A stretch of DNA of 64,000 bases. It comes from a bacterium (GTDB lineage Bacteria > Patescibacteriota > Minisyncoccia > Phycocordibacterales > DATDWN01). The notes under the pieces were generated by a model, which saw nothing but the letters and a program-made list of their open reading frames with translations, was not told the origin of the DNA and ran no database searches. The DNA lies in NCBI GenBank assembly GCA_037134875.1, contig JBAXLH010000002.1:27719-91718 (forward strand). Direction: 5' to 3'. Every line of letters begins with the position of its first letter. Position 1 is the stretch's first letter. The position numbers were made by a program, and so were the translations under genes. Shown piece after piece: positions 19,261 through 28,156 of the stretch.

Positions 19261-20115
19261 ATGAAAATTGAGACTTTGCGAAAAAAAGATTTTCCGCCAC
19301 TCCTCAAGGAAATAAATGATCCGCCAGCAGAAATGCGGATTGTCGGCTCACTGCCCGAGACAGAAAAATATCTCTGTGTTGTCGGCTCGCGAAAATATAG
19401 CGAGTATGGAAAGTCTGTCTGTGAAAAACTCATCGCGGGTCTCGCTGGATATCCCATTACCATAGTCTCTGGCCTCGCACTCGGAATGGATGCGATTGCC
19501 CACCGGTCGGCGCTCTCTGCCGGACTACCGACTATTGCGGTGCCTGGCTCTGGACTTTCCGAAAAAGTTTTGTACCCGAGCACCAACCACGGACTCGCCA
19601 GAGAAATCGTGGAGGAAGGCGGAGCACTCCTCTCCGAGTTTGACGACAATTTCATTGCCACCCCGTGGAGTTTTCCTCAGCGCAACAGAATAATGGCCGG
19701 AATGTCCCACGCGACACTCGTCATCGAGGCCGAGCTCAAGTCCGGCACACTCATCACATCAAAATATGCAATCGAGTACAATCGCGATGTATTTACAATC
19801 CCCCACTCAATCTTTTCCAAAACCAGTGAAGGACCTCATATGCTCCTGCGACTCGGTGCGACACCTATCACAGACAGTGCCGATATTGTTGCAGGGCTCG
19901 GACTCAAGCCAATCGAAAATTTATTTGAAAAAAGAGACTATTCGGACTGTTCCAACGACGAGCTCGAGATTATTGATATGCTATCGGAACCTCTCTCGCG
20001 CGACGAAATAATTCGCCGACTGGAAAAGCCAATTTTTGTCACACAAACAATACTTGCGACCCTCGAGATCAAAGGTCTCATCGGCGAACATATGGGAGAA
20101 ATTCATCTCGCCTGA
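19261..20115 (+). CDS. dprA: DNA-processing protein DprA (Smf)
   Basis: 284 aa. VVGSRKYSEYG...SGLALGMDAIAHRSAL...TIAVPGSGL Rossmann-like DprA core. Confidence 0.85.
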   Translation: MKIETLRKKDFPPLLKEINDPPAEMRIVGSLPETEKYLCVVGSRKYSEYGKSVCEKLIAGLAGYPITIVSGLALGMDAIAHRSALSAGLPTIAVPGSGLSEKVLYPSTNHGLAREIVEEGGALLSEFDDNFIATPWSFPQRNRIMAGMSHATLVIEAELKSGTLITSKYAIEYNRDVFTIPHSIFSKTSEGPHMLLRLGATPITDSADIVAGLGLKPIENLFEKRDYSDCSNDELEIIDMLSEPLSRDEIIRRLEKPIFVTQTILATLEIKGLIGEHMGEIHLA

Positions 20116-20124
20116 TTATTGTAT

Positions 20125-20158
20125 AAAAAAACGCCAGACAGATTTCTCTGCTGGCGGA
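20125..20158 (-). terminator. Rho-independent terminator of the 20177-20809 gene
   Basis: Minus RNA CGCCAGCAGAGAAAUCUGUCUGGCGUUUUUUUAUAC. Confidence 0.55.
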
Positions 20159-20176
20159 TATTATACTGGTCTAAAA

Positions 20177-20809
20177 TTAATCCGGGCGAACGTACTCGAT
20201 GATGCCGGACAGGAGAACCTGCTCAGCCTCACCGAGGGTCTTCCCTTTGTACGTATCCCAACGAGGCACCCATCGTGCCTCAGTAAATGGTACGTACAGC
20301 CGATCGTCCATTTTGACAATCGTCCTCGAGAGAGATTGACTCATCCTCTCGACGAGGTCAAAAGAATACTTCCCACCAAGAAGGTTATACATGAGGCGGG
20401 TCAGAAGATCCTGCATCTCACCCACGGTCCCGGTGTGGACCCCCGACACAAACTCTTCCGAAGTGGTAAAAATGAAAGAATTGGAAGTCATAATAGCTCC
20501 CTTTTTCCACTCTTCGGTAGGGTTACTAGCTATGACATGATTACGACGACCCAGAGCCCATTGGAGGTGGGTCATGGTCGTCATAATAATCACCTTATTT
20601 TTTTCATTAGCAACGAGAAGTTTGCCAAACTTGCGAAGTTCGACACGCATCGCCTTATACAACTTGCGGTCACGACGAGCCTTGGCTCTATCGCACCACT
20701 TGAAAAAACGAGCAAGCGTGGAATACGCCCCCGCTATAATATTGATCATCGCCGAAATGATGACAATAACCAAAATACCGACAAAAAACGCTTCTTCCGT
20801 CTTTGACAT
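20177..20809 (-). CDS. Hypothetical membrane-anchored protein (GC-elevated, accessory)
   Basis: 210 aa with N-terminal TM helix. Ends directly at a terminator. The overlapping plus-strand ORF 20036-20806 is rejected. Confidence 0.5.
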   Translation of the reverse strand: MSKTEEAFFVGILVIVIISAMINIIAGAYSTLARFFKWCDRAKARRDRKLYKAMRVELRKFGKLLVANEKNKVIIMTTMTHLQWALGRRNHVIASNPTEEWKKGAIMTSNSFIFTTSEEFVSGVHTGTVGEMQDLLTRLMYNLLGGKYSFDLVERMSQSLSRTIVKMDDRLYVPFTEARWVPRWDTYKGKTLGEAEQVLLSGIIEYVRPD

Positions 20810-20919
20810 CTTGACTCCTCATCCTATCATCCTCATTCTCCGACCTCAGTTTGGGGCCGTGACGGGTGATGGATTCTGGCACAATTTATATATCAAAATA
20901 TAGATATTGTCAACCTATT

Positions 20920-21918
20920 TTAATTCCAGCAGATTTCAGCTTTTTCGCCGAGTTTGTTGGTAAGATATTTTTCTGCATCAGTCACATCCCCGATACCGTC
21001 GATAAGTCCGGCTTTTTGTGCCTGCACACCGAGCATTGATGATCCGTCGGCAAGCGAGCGAACTTTTGTCAGAGGCAAATGTCTGTTTGTAGAAACCGCC
21101 TGCACAAAATTGTCCAAAATAATATTGAGGTCTCGCATATACAAATCCTTTTCTTCTTGGGTCAGCACGCGATCTGGATTACCCATTTCTTTGTATTTGC
21201 CGACAAACAAATCTACATAAGTCAAACCTGCTTTTTTATTTTTTTCCACATCGCTCAGATATGATGCTGTCACACCAATACTACCAACATCAGAATTTTT
21301 TGAAGCAAAAATATATTTTGCACCAGTCGATGCCCAGTACGCAGCCGATGCACCCTGCTGACGGATCACTGCGACTGTTTCCTTTGGCGAATTTTTCAGC
21401 GCATTTGCGATCTCCTCGCCAGCGACCGATGAACCTCCTCCAGAATCAACTTCGAGCAAAATTGCTTTTATATTTTCTTTGTCATTTGCTTGTCTAATAT
21501 ACGAGAGAACTGTATCTGCCGAAGCAGTACTGTTATCACCAGAGAGTGCGTAGGTGTCGAGATATCCGTGCATATTTATTCCCACCACATTGCATTGCGA
21601 ATCATCCCACGATGAAGTAGTGCTGTCGGACGACGAATAATCGCTCGAGCCAGATGAACTGCCCGAAGAATCCGCACTCATACGTCCAGAAAATAATGAT
21701 TTGAGTTTAGAGCCATAGCTGTCGTACATTGCATAGCTGAATGCATTGAGCAACACAAAAATAATAATCAGAGCAAGCGCAGAAAACACACGCGAATAAT
21801 ATACTTTACAAAAATTTTTAAAACATTCTAAAAATTGAGACATATTCATAGGATAAGTATACACTATGTCAATCTTTGATAAAATGCACAATCGGCATAT
21901 ACTGAAATAAGAGGTCAA
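20920..21918 (-). CDS. sppA: Signal peptide peptidase SppA (S49 family, 36K type)
   Basis: 332 aa. AILLEVDSGGGSSVAGEEIANAL and ASAAYWASTGAKYIFASKNSDVGSIGV catalytic-Ser region. N-terminal Ser-rich linker. Confidence 0.8.
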   Translation of the reverse strand: MTSYFSICRLCILSKIDIVYTYPMNMSQFLECFKNFCKVYYSRVFSALALIIIFVLLNAFSYAMYDSYGSKLKSLFSGRMSADSSGSSSGSSDYSSSDSTTSSWDDSQCNVVGINMHGYLDTYALSGDNSTASADTVLSYIRQANDKENIKAILLEVDSGGGSSVAGEEIANALKNSPKETVAVIRQQGASAAYWASTGAKYIFASKNSDVGSIGVTASYLSDVEKNKKAGLTYVDLFVGKYKEMGNPDRVLTQEEKDLYMRDLNIILDNFVQAVSTNRHLPLTKVRSLADGSSMLGVQAQKAGLIDGIGDVTDAEKYLTNKLGEKAEICWN

Positions 21919-21922
21919 AACA

Positions 21923-22540
21923 ATGGACCAGATTGGAGAAAGGCGCTTTCAAAATATCCCGGGCGATCCGGACAAAATTTACGAGTTGCCACCACTCATT
22001 ATGGCCGGTGAAGTGACCGAACAAATGTCCGGCGAAAAAGTGATTGATATTGTCGAGAATGATGGTCTCATAGAATTACCAGAGTCCATCGTACCCGACG
22101 AAAATAGTATGCGCGCAGTCGAGATGGCACGCATCGACCTTGCGCACAACTTGACGGAACAATACAAAAAGCTCATTGCCGACTGGTACCTCGGAGAATT
22201 TATTCTCGAGTGGATTCGTCAGTGTGAGACTACATTTATGTATTCGACTGTATTGCGCACTCTCATTCCGCCAAACCTGTGGCCGAGAGCCGACCGAGTC
22301 AAAATCGCGACTCTGCTCACGGATAAAAGTATTTGCGAGGAAGAAGATCTCCGTCAGGCGATCGGGATGCGACTGTCATTTCGCAAACTTCCGCCCGTCG
22401 AAGTTTTCTCCGACCATTTTCTTTTTTACATCGCGCCGGTCGTGCTCGACACCGCGTACAACACATGGATCGAGCGCTCGCCATCACGCGCCGTCGCGCT
22501 ACCGCCGGAACGTTTTCATTTCGAAGTTCTTGTAATGTGA
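21923..22540 (+). CDS. Hypothetical protein
   Basis: 205 aa. Followed by a clean terminator. Confidence 0.5.
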   Translation: MDQIGERRFQNIPGDPDKIYELPPLIMAGEVTEQMSGEKVIDIVENDGLIELPESIVPDENSMRAVEMARIDLAHNLTEQYKKLIADWYLGEFILEWIRQCETTFMYSTVLRTLIPPNLWPRADRVKIATLLTDKSICEEEDLRQAIGMRLSFRKLPPVEVFSDHFLFYIAPVVLDTAYNTWIERSPSRAVALPPERFHFEVLVM

Positions 22541-22574
22541 CGGACATAGCGTCTGCCACGATGTATACCACAGC

Positions 22575-22612
22575 GACCCTTGCACAGGGTCGTTGTTTTT
22601 TTATTTTTGCGC
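22575..22612 (+). terminator. Rho-independent terminator
   Basis: GCGACCCUUGCACAGGGUCGUUGUUUUUUUAUUUUUG. Confidence 0.6.
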
Positions 22613-22640
22613 AGATGGGCACATGAGCCGACGGCGTATC

Positions 22641-23039
22641 TTATCTATTCAAATATGTGACAGTGAGTTGCAAGACTGTTGCAAAGCACACCCAGAGGAG
22701 GTACGGAATGTTGGCGAGAGCAATCCAGCGAGCACTCGGCCAGATAGCGAGCATTGCCCAGACGAGTGTCCCGAGCACGAGCAAAATATCCACCGCAGCA
22801 AGCATATTATTTTTCAAACCAAACTGAATCGTCGTAAACGAAAAATTGAATACGAGATTGAGCACAAACGGGAGTGCGACTGTCCACGGTATCTCTCCTT
22901 TTACAAGACGATAGAACACCGTGCCAAATGTGCCAGCAATAATAATATACAAAACCGTCCACACCGGACCAAACAGCCAGCTCGGCGGTGCCCATGATGG
23001 TTTTGTAAGTGTCGAATACCAATTGTATGAGTTGTTCAT
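22641..23039 (-). CDS. tspO: TspO/MBR family tryptophan-rich sensory protein
   Basis: 132 aa. WYSTLTKPSWAPPSWLFGPVWTVLY signature. Five TM helices. Confidence 0.8.
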   Translation of the reverse strand: MNNSYNWYSTLTKPSWAPPSWLFGPVWTVLYIIIAGTFGTVFYRLVKGEIPWTVALPFVLNLVFNFSFTTIQFGLKNNMLAAVDILLVLGTLVWAMLAIWPSARWIALANIPYLLWVCFATVLQLTVTYLNR

Positions 23040-23680
23040 ATATATAGTATAGCAGATTTATCCACCCAGAGCGCCTCGGTATCTGTGAGAGCTGTGACAG
23101 AATACGAAACTTTTTTTTGAAACTCGGCAACTTCGCCGGAAAGTTCTGCACGAAAATGCGGAAAAATAGAAATATCTGTGAGACTGAATCCAGAAAGATT
23201 TTGGAGATTTACATCATTTGGATCGCCCTCGCTCCCCCATCCGGCAATTTCAATACTTGGACCTGCAATAATACTGCCCGCGCTGACACCCACATAGAGC
23301 GCACCGTGCTCGCACACTGCAGACTCTATATATGTATCGATACCAGTTTTTTTCATTCGCTCCAATATTGCAAATGTGTTTCCTCCGCAGACATATACGA
23401 CATCGTATTTTTTATCACTCGAATCATCCGCCGACTCGGCAAAGGCAAATTTTTCTTCTGTCAGATTAAAAACTGTCACAGAGAGACCAAGGTCAGTGAG
23501 CTCCTGCACCGATTCGTCCACATATCCCTGCTCGTGTGCATTTTGTGCGTACGCTACAATGAGTGCTGTTGCATCGGAAAGCGATTTTCCCTGCCCCACC
23601 ATTTTCTCCACAACCTTCCGCACAAAAAATTCTTGAATTTCTTTGGTGGATAGTCCTGTTGATGTGAGAAGGAGGGTCAT
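23036..23680 (-). CDS. Peptidase E-like S51 family (type 1 glutamine amidotransferase-like)
   Basis: 214 aa. YVCGGNTFAILERMKKTGIDTYIESAV...YVGVSAGSIIAG S51 nucleophile region. Confidence 0.65.
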   Translation of the reverse strand: MTLLLTSTGLSTKEIQEFFVRKVVEKMVGQGKSLSDATALIVAYAQNAHEQGYVDESVQELTDLGLSVTVFNLTEEKFAFAESADDSSDKKYDVVYVCGGNTFAILERMKKTGIDTYIESAVCEHGALYVGVSAGSIIAGPSIEIAGWGSEGDPNDVNLQNLSGFSLTDISIFPHFRAELSGEVAEFQKKVSYSVTALTDTEALWVDKSAILYI

Positions 23681-24750
23681 TTTTTATCACAGATAACATA
23701 ATGTAAATATTCGACTGTTTTGTTTGCTGTATAGTTTCTATTTTCTGATTTATCAGCTTTGAAACGATTATATTCTTTTGTAAAAAATCCATACTTACCA
23801 CGTGAACTCATTATTTCCTTAATATCATTTAAATTCATCAAACCTTCATTGTTATAACTTAAAAAAATATACTTTGCATTTGCTTTAGAAATTAAATCCT
23901 TGAAAGCTTTTTTGACCTGCACTCGTGAACAATAAAGTGACTTCTGATTTTCATAATCACGAAGACCTGTTTTTCCATGAATCTTAGGTTTGTCATATTT
24001 GGCAATAGTTTCCAAAATATGATAATTGGTAGCATATTGACGTTGATTGTATGGTGGATCTAAATACAAAATATCCCCTTCAACCCTTTTTACAACTTCA
24101 TTTATATCCTCATTAAAAACTTCATGTTCATGATCATTAATAATTAAATTTGCAGGTTTTAAAATCAAATTATTTTGTGCAGATTTTTTTAATTTTTTTA
24201 GAAAAGCACCATAGACTGAGGCAGTATTTGCATATTTGTCTATAGACTCAACCAGACTAGTAACTAAAAAATAATATTCATCATCTGAAATTAAATTTTG
24301 ACTTTTCCATTTTTCAATCTCTTGACGAATGGCGTCACATCGCATACCATTTTCATCAGAAAAATACTGACGTGTTTCTTTTTCTCCCTCGGTCCCTCCA
24401 AGGCAATAGTTTTTATAAATAAAACCTTTTATACCCTTCAAATCTGATAAATAATTACAAACAAAGTTTTTCCTATTTTTTATTTCAATTTTACTTAAAT
24501 CTGGAATTTCTTTTGTTAGTTTCGAAAATATTAATTCTTTATGATTTCCTATATAGTGTCTATTTAAGACATAACTATAGTATTGAATGTCATTTGCAAT
24601 CACTTTGAAACCTTTTTTTTTAAAATAACTACCCACAGCACCAGTACCAGCAAATAAATCACAAAAAGTATTGCAATTTTTATCAACCACTTTATTTATA
24701 GAATTTTCCAAAAATTCTAGTAATGATAGTTTGCTACCGATATAATTCAT
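23677..24750 (-). CDS. Dam-like N6-adenine DNA methyltransferase (alpha class, D12 family)
   Basis: 357 aa. N-terminal NYIGSKLSLL and FAGTGAVG (motif I). DPPY (motif IV) at ILYLDPPYNQRQY. Confidence 0.8.
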   Translation of the reverse strand: MNYIGSKLSLLEFLENSINKVVDKNCNTFCDLFAGTGAVGSYFKKKGFKVIANDIQYYSYVLNRHYIGNHKELIFSKLTKEIPDLSKIEIKNRKNFVCNYLSDLKGIKGFIYKNYCLGGTEGEKETRQYFSDENGMRCDAIRQEIEKWKSQNLISDDEYYFLVTSLVESIDKYANTASVYGAFLKKLKKSAQNNLILKPANLIINDHEHEVFNEDINEVVKRVEGDILYLDPPYNQRQYATNYHILETIAKYDKPKIHGKTGLRDYENQKSLYCSRVQVKKAFKDLISKANAKYIFLSYNNEGLMNLNDIKEIMSSRGKYGFFTKEYNRFKADKSENRNYTANKTVEYLHYVICDKK

Positions 24751-24754
24751 GATT

Positions 24755-25654
24755 TTAGTTGTGTAATAATATTACAAAACAAGGCACTTTATAATTTTTT
24801 TCACCAAGATTTCTGTGTTTATAAGAAAAATTAATTTCAATCGGATTATTTAGATCTGTTTTATTTATAATCTCCCTAATTTTATCAATCGAGACATCTT
24901 CATCAATATATACAACCAATAATCGAGGGTCTGCACCAAATCTACCCTCATCTTGATATTTATAAAGGTATTCCGCAACAAGTTCTGGTTTCTTAATAGC
25001 TATTTCACGCCAGTTATCTTTGAAATGTCTCTTGAATTCATTTGTAGGACTTTTTGAAACTTTTTGATCAAACGAAATTCCGTTAATAAAAAAATCTACG
25101 CCACGTCTATGATTCAGAGTTGGTAAAATATTATCGTTTTTTTCAAAAATCAATGTCTCGATAAAGTCATTTCTTACAGTATTAATTTCTTTTATTCGTC
25201 TATATTTAACAGCTGCAATTTTGACTTTTTCATCCTTAATAAATCCATTTCCTTTCTCAGAATTCACTCTTTGGACAAACTCATCAAAAGCACCTTGGGA
25301 AAATGGCCACGCAATATCTCCTAATTTTAGAGATTTCCATTCCTTAATAAGCAAATCCATTGCATTATCAGCCTCTTTCCCACTTTTATATTTTTCAGTT
25401 CCTTTAAAAATATCTCTGATAATTTTCTTACTTTCATCATATGACCAACTGTCCACAATAATTTTCCAAAGTTCTTTTGTATTAATACTTAAGACCTTTT
25501 TACCTATGTTTTTTCCGCGAGTTATTGTTTTAAATTTCAAAGAAGAAATTGTTTTTATACTATTTAAACGCAACAAATATTCTGTGGCCTTTTCTTGATT
25601 ACCAATAATTTTCTGTGCCAAATCATCAGATAACTTTGATTTAATATATTCCAT
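24755..25654 (-). CDS. Putative type II restriction endonuclease (PD-(D/E)XK fold)
   Basis: 299 aa between two MTase genes. Candidate catalytic motif RGVDFFINGISFDQKVSK (D...DxK). Confidence 0.45.
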   Translation of the reverse strand: MEYIKSKLSDDLAQKIIGNQEKATEYLLRLNSIKTISSLKFKTITRGKNIGKKVLSINTKELWKIIVDSWSYDESKKIIRDIFKGTEKYKSGKEADNAMDLLIKEWKSLKLGDIAWPFSQGAFDEFVQRVNSEKGNGFIKDEKVKIAAVKYRRIKEINTVRNDFIETLIFEKNDNILPTLNHRRGVDFFINGISFDQKVSKSPTNEFKRHFKDNWREIAIKKPELVAEYLYKYQDEGRFGADPRLLVVYIDEDVSIDKIREIINKTDLNNPIEINFSYKHRNLGEKNYKVPCFVILLHN

Positions 25655-25656
25655 AA

Positions 25657-26439
25657 CTATTTTTTAAAAATTAATATATATTCATGCTTAAAAATATAAT
25701 AATCACTCGATAATGCTCTATATCTCCAAATTCCTTCTTTGTTTTGTTTAGCACGATTTCCCTCCATATTCTTTATAATTATACTCTTTAAAATCAATCC
25801 TTGCTTTTGAATCTCATTCATACAATAAAAACCAAGAGGAATCCACTGACCCTTGGAATATTTATCCCCAATAACTACTGCTAAATATCCTTCTTTTCCC
25901 AGAATTTCTACTGTATTTTTAACCACCGCTGAAAATTTTTCTAGAAAATCTTTCAGTGATTTTGTATTTGATAAATCTTCCTTTTTATCACTAAATTTAA
26001 TAATATCAGCGTATGGAGGATGTAAAATTGCAAGATTTATGTTATTTTTTTTTCTATCTTTTAAAATTTGTTTGATTTTTTCTAATGTCTTCTGACTACC
26101 ACTATCTGAAACCAAAAGCTCTGAGAAATATTTTTTATTGTCGACTTTATCTTTTACATGCTGAATAAGACTCGACTGTATATCAACACCTATAAAATGA
26201 CGTTCTAAACTTTCTGCTTCATAAGCAGTTGTTCCACTTCCAACAAATGGATCAAAAACAACATCGCCTTTTTTTGTATATCTCAAAATCAACTGATGTG
26301 GTATCTGAGGAACAAAATTACCATGATAGAATCCGTCATGTTTTCCACTCTTATCTCTTCCAGAAATAATCCATAGGCTATCTGTCCAAATCTCAGATTC
26401 TTTCCAATTATTTATATCTAAATCGTTAAAATTTGGCAT
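25657..26439 (-). CDS. DNA methyltransferase, circularly permuted N4/N6 family (second MTase of the R-M cassette)
   Basis: 260 aa. HGNFVPQIPHQLILRYTKKGDVVFDPFVGSGTT (normally the C-terminal motifs X/I of PF01555-type MTases) lies at the N-terminus. It is followed about 70 aa later by ILHPPYADI (motif IV). Confidence 0.7.
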   Translation of the reverse strand: MPNFNDLDINNWKESEIWTDSLWIISGRDKSGKHDGFYHGNFVPQIPHQLILRYTKKGDVVFDPFVGSGTTAYEAESLERHFIGVDIQSSLIQHVKDKVDNKKYFSELLVSDSGSQKTLEKIKQILKDRKKNNINLAILHPPYADIIKFSDKKEDLSNTKSLKDFLEKFSAVVKNTVEILGKEGYLAVVIGDKYSKGQWIPLGFYCMNEIQKQGLILKSIIIKNMEGNRAKQNKEGIWRYRALSSDYYIFKHEYILIFKK

Positions 26440-26492
26440 ATTATTTGGTCGCTATATTTTACCAAAAAATTAACACCCTTGATAGGGACTCT

Positions 26493-26521
26493 GAAAACAA
26501 AAGAAAAAGACTTCCCCCGGG
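26493..26521 (-). terminator. Rho-independent terminator of the HD-domain gene
   Basis: AAGACUUCCCCGGGGGAAGUCUUUUUCUUUUGUUUUC. Confidence 0.6.
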
Positions 26522-26527
26522 GAAGTC

Positions 26528-27700
26528 TTATTGAATCAGATGATTGGCCAGGCGGGTTAGTTCACTCACCCGGTCATCATTTACATAGTCGGGGTCCAAA
26601 TATATGTTGAAGCGGTACACCGGTTTCGGGTCGCTTTCGTCAAATGTAATATGGCCCGTCTCACTCACAAATGGGAGCTCGATCCTGCGCACATCCCGAC
26701 CCTTGCCGGCATAACAACAAACCACGCTGGTCGGAATCGCGAGTTGCTCGCTCATATAGTCGGCAACCAAACTCCGCGCGTCGTTTTGTCTCAAAAGACG
26801 AGTCAGTCCCGCCGGCGGTTCAGTCGTCTTGAGCGAGTACACCAATGGGTACCACTCGTTTGCCATCGCTCGCCTGACGAGATGAGCAGAAAGATAATTT
26901 GAGCGAAAAAGAAAATCGACTGCTTCTGTATCCGACAAGTGAAAGAAATCTTCGTTGATCTCTCCACGTTCCTGTGCCAGATACAGAGCGCGATATATCA
27001 TTGAGGCAGAATTGAGATCGTACTCGCCGTAGATCTTTTCATATACGTGAGCTCTCGCCGTCTGCCATTTTTGAGTCTCTTCTATGCACTCGGCACAGAG
27101 AAACCATTTATCATTTATTTGCGGATCTGAAAAAGTGATGAGTCCAAAGCGAGAAGCAATGGATTCCGCATCAAAGAGTATTTCTCCGTACGAGCGCGCA
27201 AACCAGTAGCGCCCGACGTTATCGAGATTGTCCACATCCATACTGCCGTTGAGAATATCGGAAAATGGTTTCCTATTTCCCGTCACGATTTTGACAACTT
27301 GCTCTGGGTCAATCCCTAGCCGGTCAAACATATGAGTAACAGCAAACCGCGAAATGGTTTCTTCCAAAAAAGATTCGCCATCTTTGCCGGTCTGCTTTTT
27401 CAAAAATGTTTCGCCCAAATGTGAAAGAGCTGGGTTGCCAGCGTCATGCAAAAGTGCCGAGACGAGTAGTAGTGTCTCGTATTGTTTCGATGTCTCGCGA
27501 TTGGTACGCAGGGCATAGTCCATAAGGTGACAGACGCCGACGCAATGTTGAAATCGCGACGGAATCGGCCACGGCACCATACTCTGTGGCAAAACGCCCT
27601 GAGAAATATCTCTCAGACGTTGCATAATAGGTGTCGCCATTATGTCGCCGATGTAATCCGGCAACTCAATGGGACCATATAATTTGTCGTCGTACTTCAC
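26528..27700 (-). CDS. HD-domain dNTP triphosphohydrolase-like protein (dGTPase/SAMHD1-like)
   Basis: 390 aa. RFQHCVGVCHLM and LLHDAGNPALSH match the SAMHD1/Dgt motifs RFEHSLGV.HLA and LLHD.GH.PFSH. GC-elevated relative to neighbours. Confidence 0.7.
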   Translation of the reverse strand: MKYDDKLYGPIELPDYIGDIMATPIMQRLRDISQGVLPQSMVPWPIPSRFQHCVGVCHLMDYALRTNRETSKQYETLLLVSALLHDAGNPALSHLGETFLKKQTGKDGESFLEETISRFAVTHMFDRLGIDPEQVVKIVTGNRKPFSDILNGSMDVDNLDNVGRYWFARSYGEILFDAESIASRFGLITFSDPQINDKWFLCAECIEETQKWQTARAHVYEKIYGEYDLNSASMIYRALYLAQERGEINEDFFHLSDTEAVDFLFRSNYLSAHLVRRAMANEWYPLVYSLKTTEPPAGLTRLLRQNDARSLVADYMSEQLAIPTSVVCCYAGKGRDVRRIELPFVSETGHITFDESDPKPVYRFNIYLDPDYVNDDRVSELTRLANHLIQ

Positions 27701-27764
27701 GTTTGGTTCCCTTTCCAGTCAGAATACTGCGATATTTCCGGCAAAAAAGCAATGCCGCGCAAAG

Positions 27765-28142
27765 TTATTTTGTCACACAGTCAGAAATAGTCGTTGTGCC
27801 GTTTTGCTCCACAAATGCTGTGTTGCCTTTGTTCCAAAATACAAATGACTCATCCGCGTTGGCATAGCGAGCACCGGACGCGGAGATAGTTTGAGTCAAA
27901 TAGATTTCTGATACGCCGGGCAATTGCAGTCTCACAGCTCGAGGATAAAAGTCTGCAGAAATAATCCGACTGACTCCCCCGCCGAGACCACAGACAAAGC
28001 GTGCTTCGGTTACCCTCTCGCCCAATATCATTTCTCTTTCAAGTTTTTTACCAACAGTTAGTCCGACAAAAAATACTGCAACAAAAAGAATAATTGCGAC
28101 CACTTGCGAAAACCACGTAACCTTGTTCCAAATTATTTTCAT
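27765..28142 (-). CDS. MliC-family (membrane-bound lysozyme inhibitor of C-type lysozyme) protein
   Basis: 125 aa. Signal anchor. ARFVCGLGG...ISASGARYANADESFVFWNKGNTAFVEQNG...DCV matches the MliC consensus (C...SASGA.Y......W.KG....C). Confidence 0.6.
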   Translation of the reverse strand: MKIIWNKVTWFSQVVAIILFVAVFFVGLTVGKKLEREMILGERVTEARFVCGLGGGVSRIISADFYPRAVRLQLPGVSEIYLTQTISASGARYANADESFVFWNKGNTAFVEQNGTTTISDCVTK

Positions 28143-28156
28143 AGATTTTTAATTTA

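Noticed and set aside
20036-20806. 256-aa plus-strand ORF overlapping the 3' end of dprA and antisense to the 20177-20809 gene
   Set aside because: The minus-strand ORF has an N-terminal TM helix and stops exactly before a rho-independent terminator. The plus ORF overlaps dprA by 80 nt out of frame and has a biased, low-complexity sequence.
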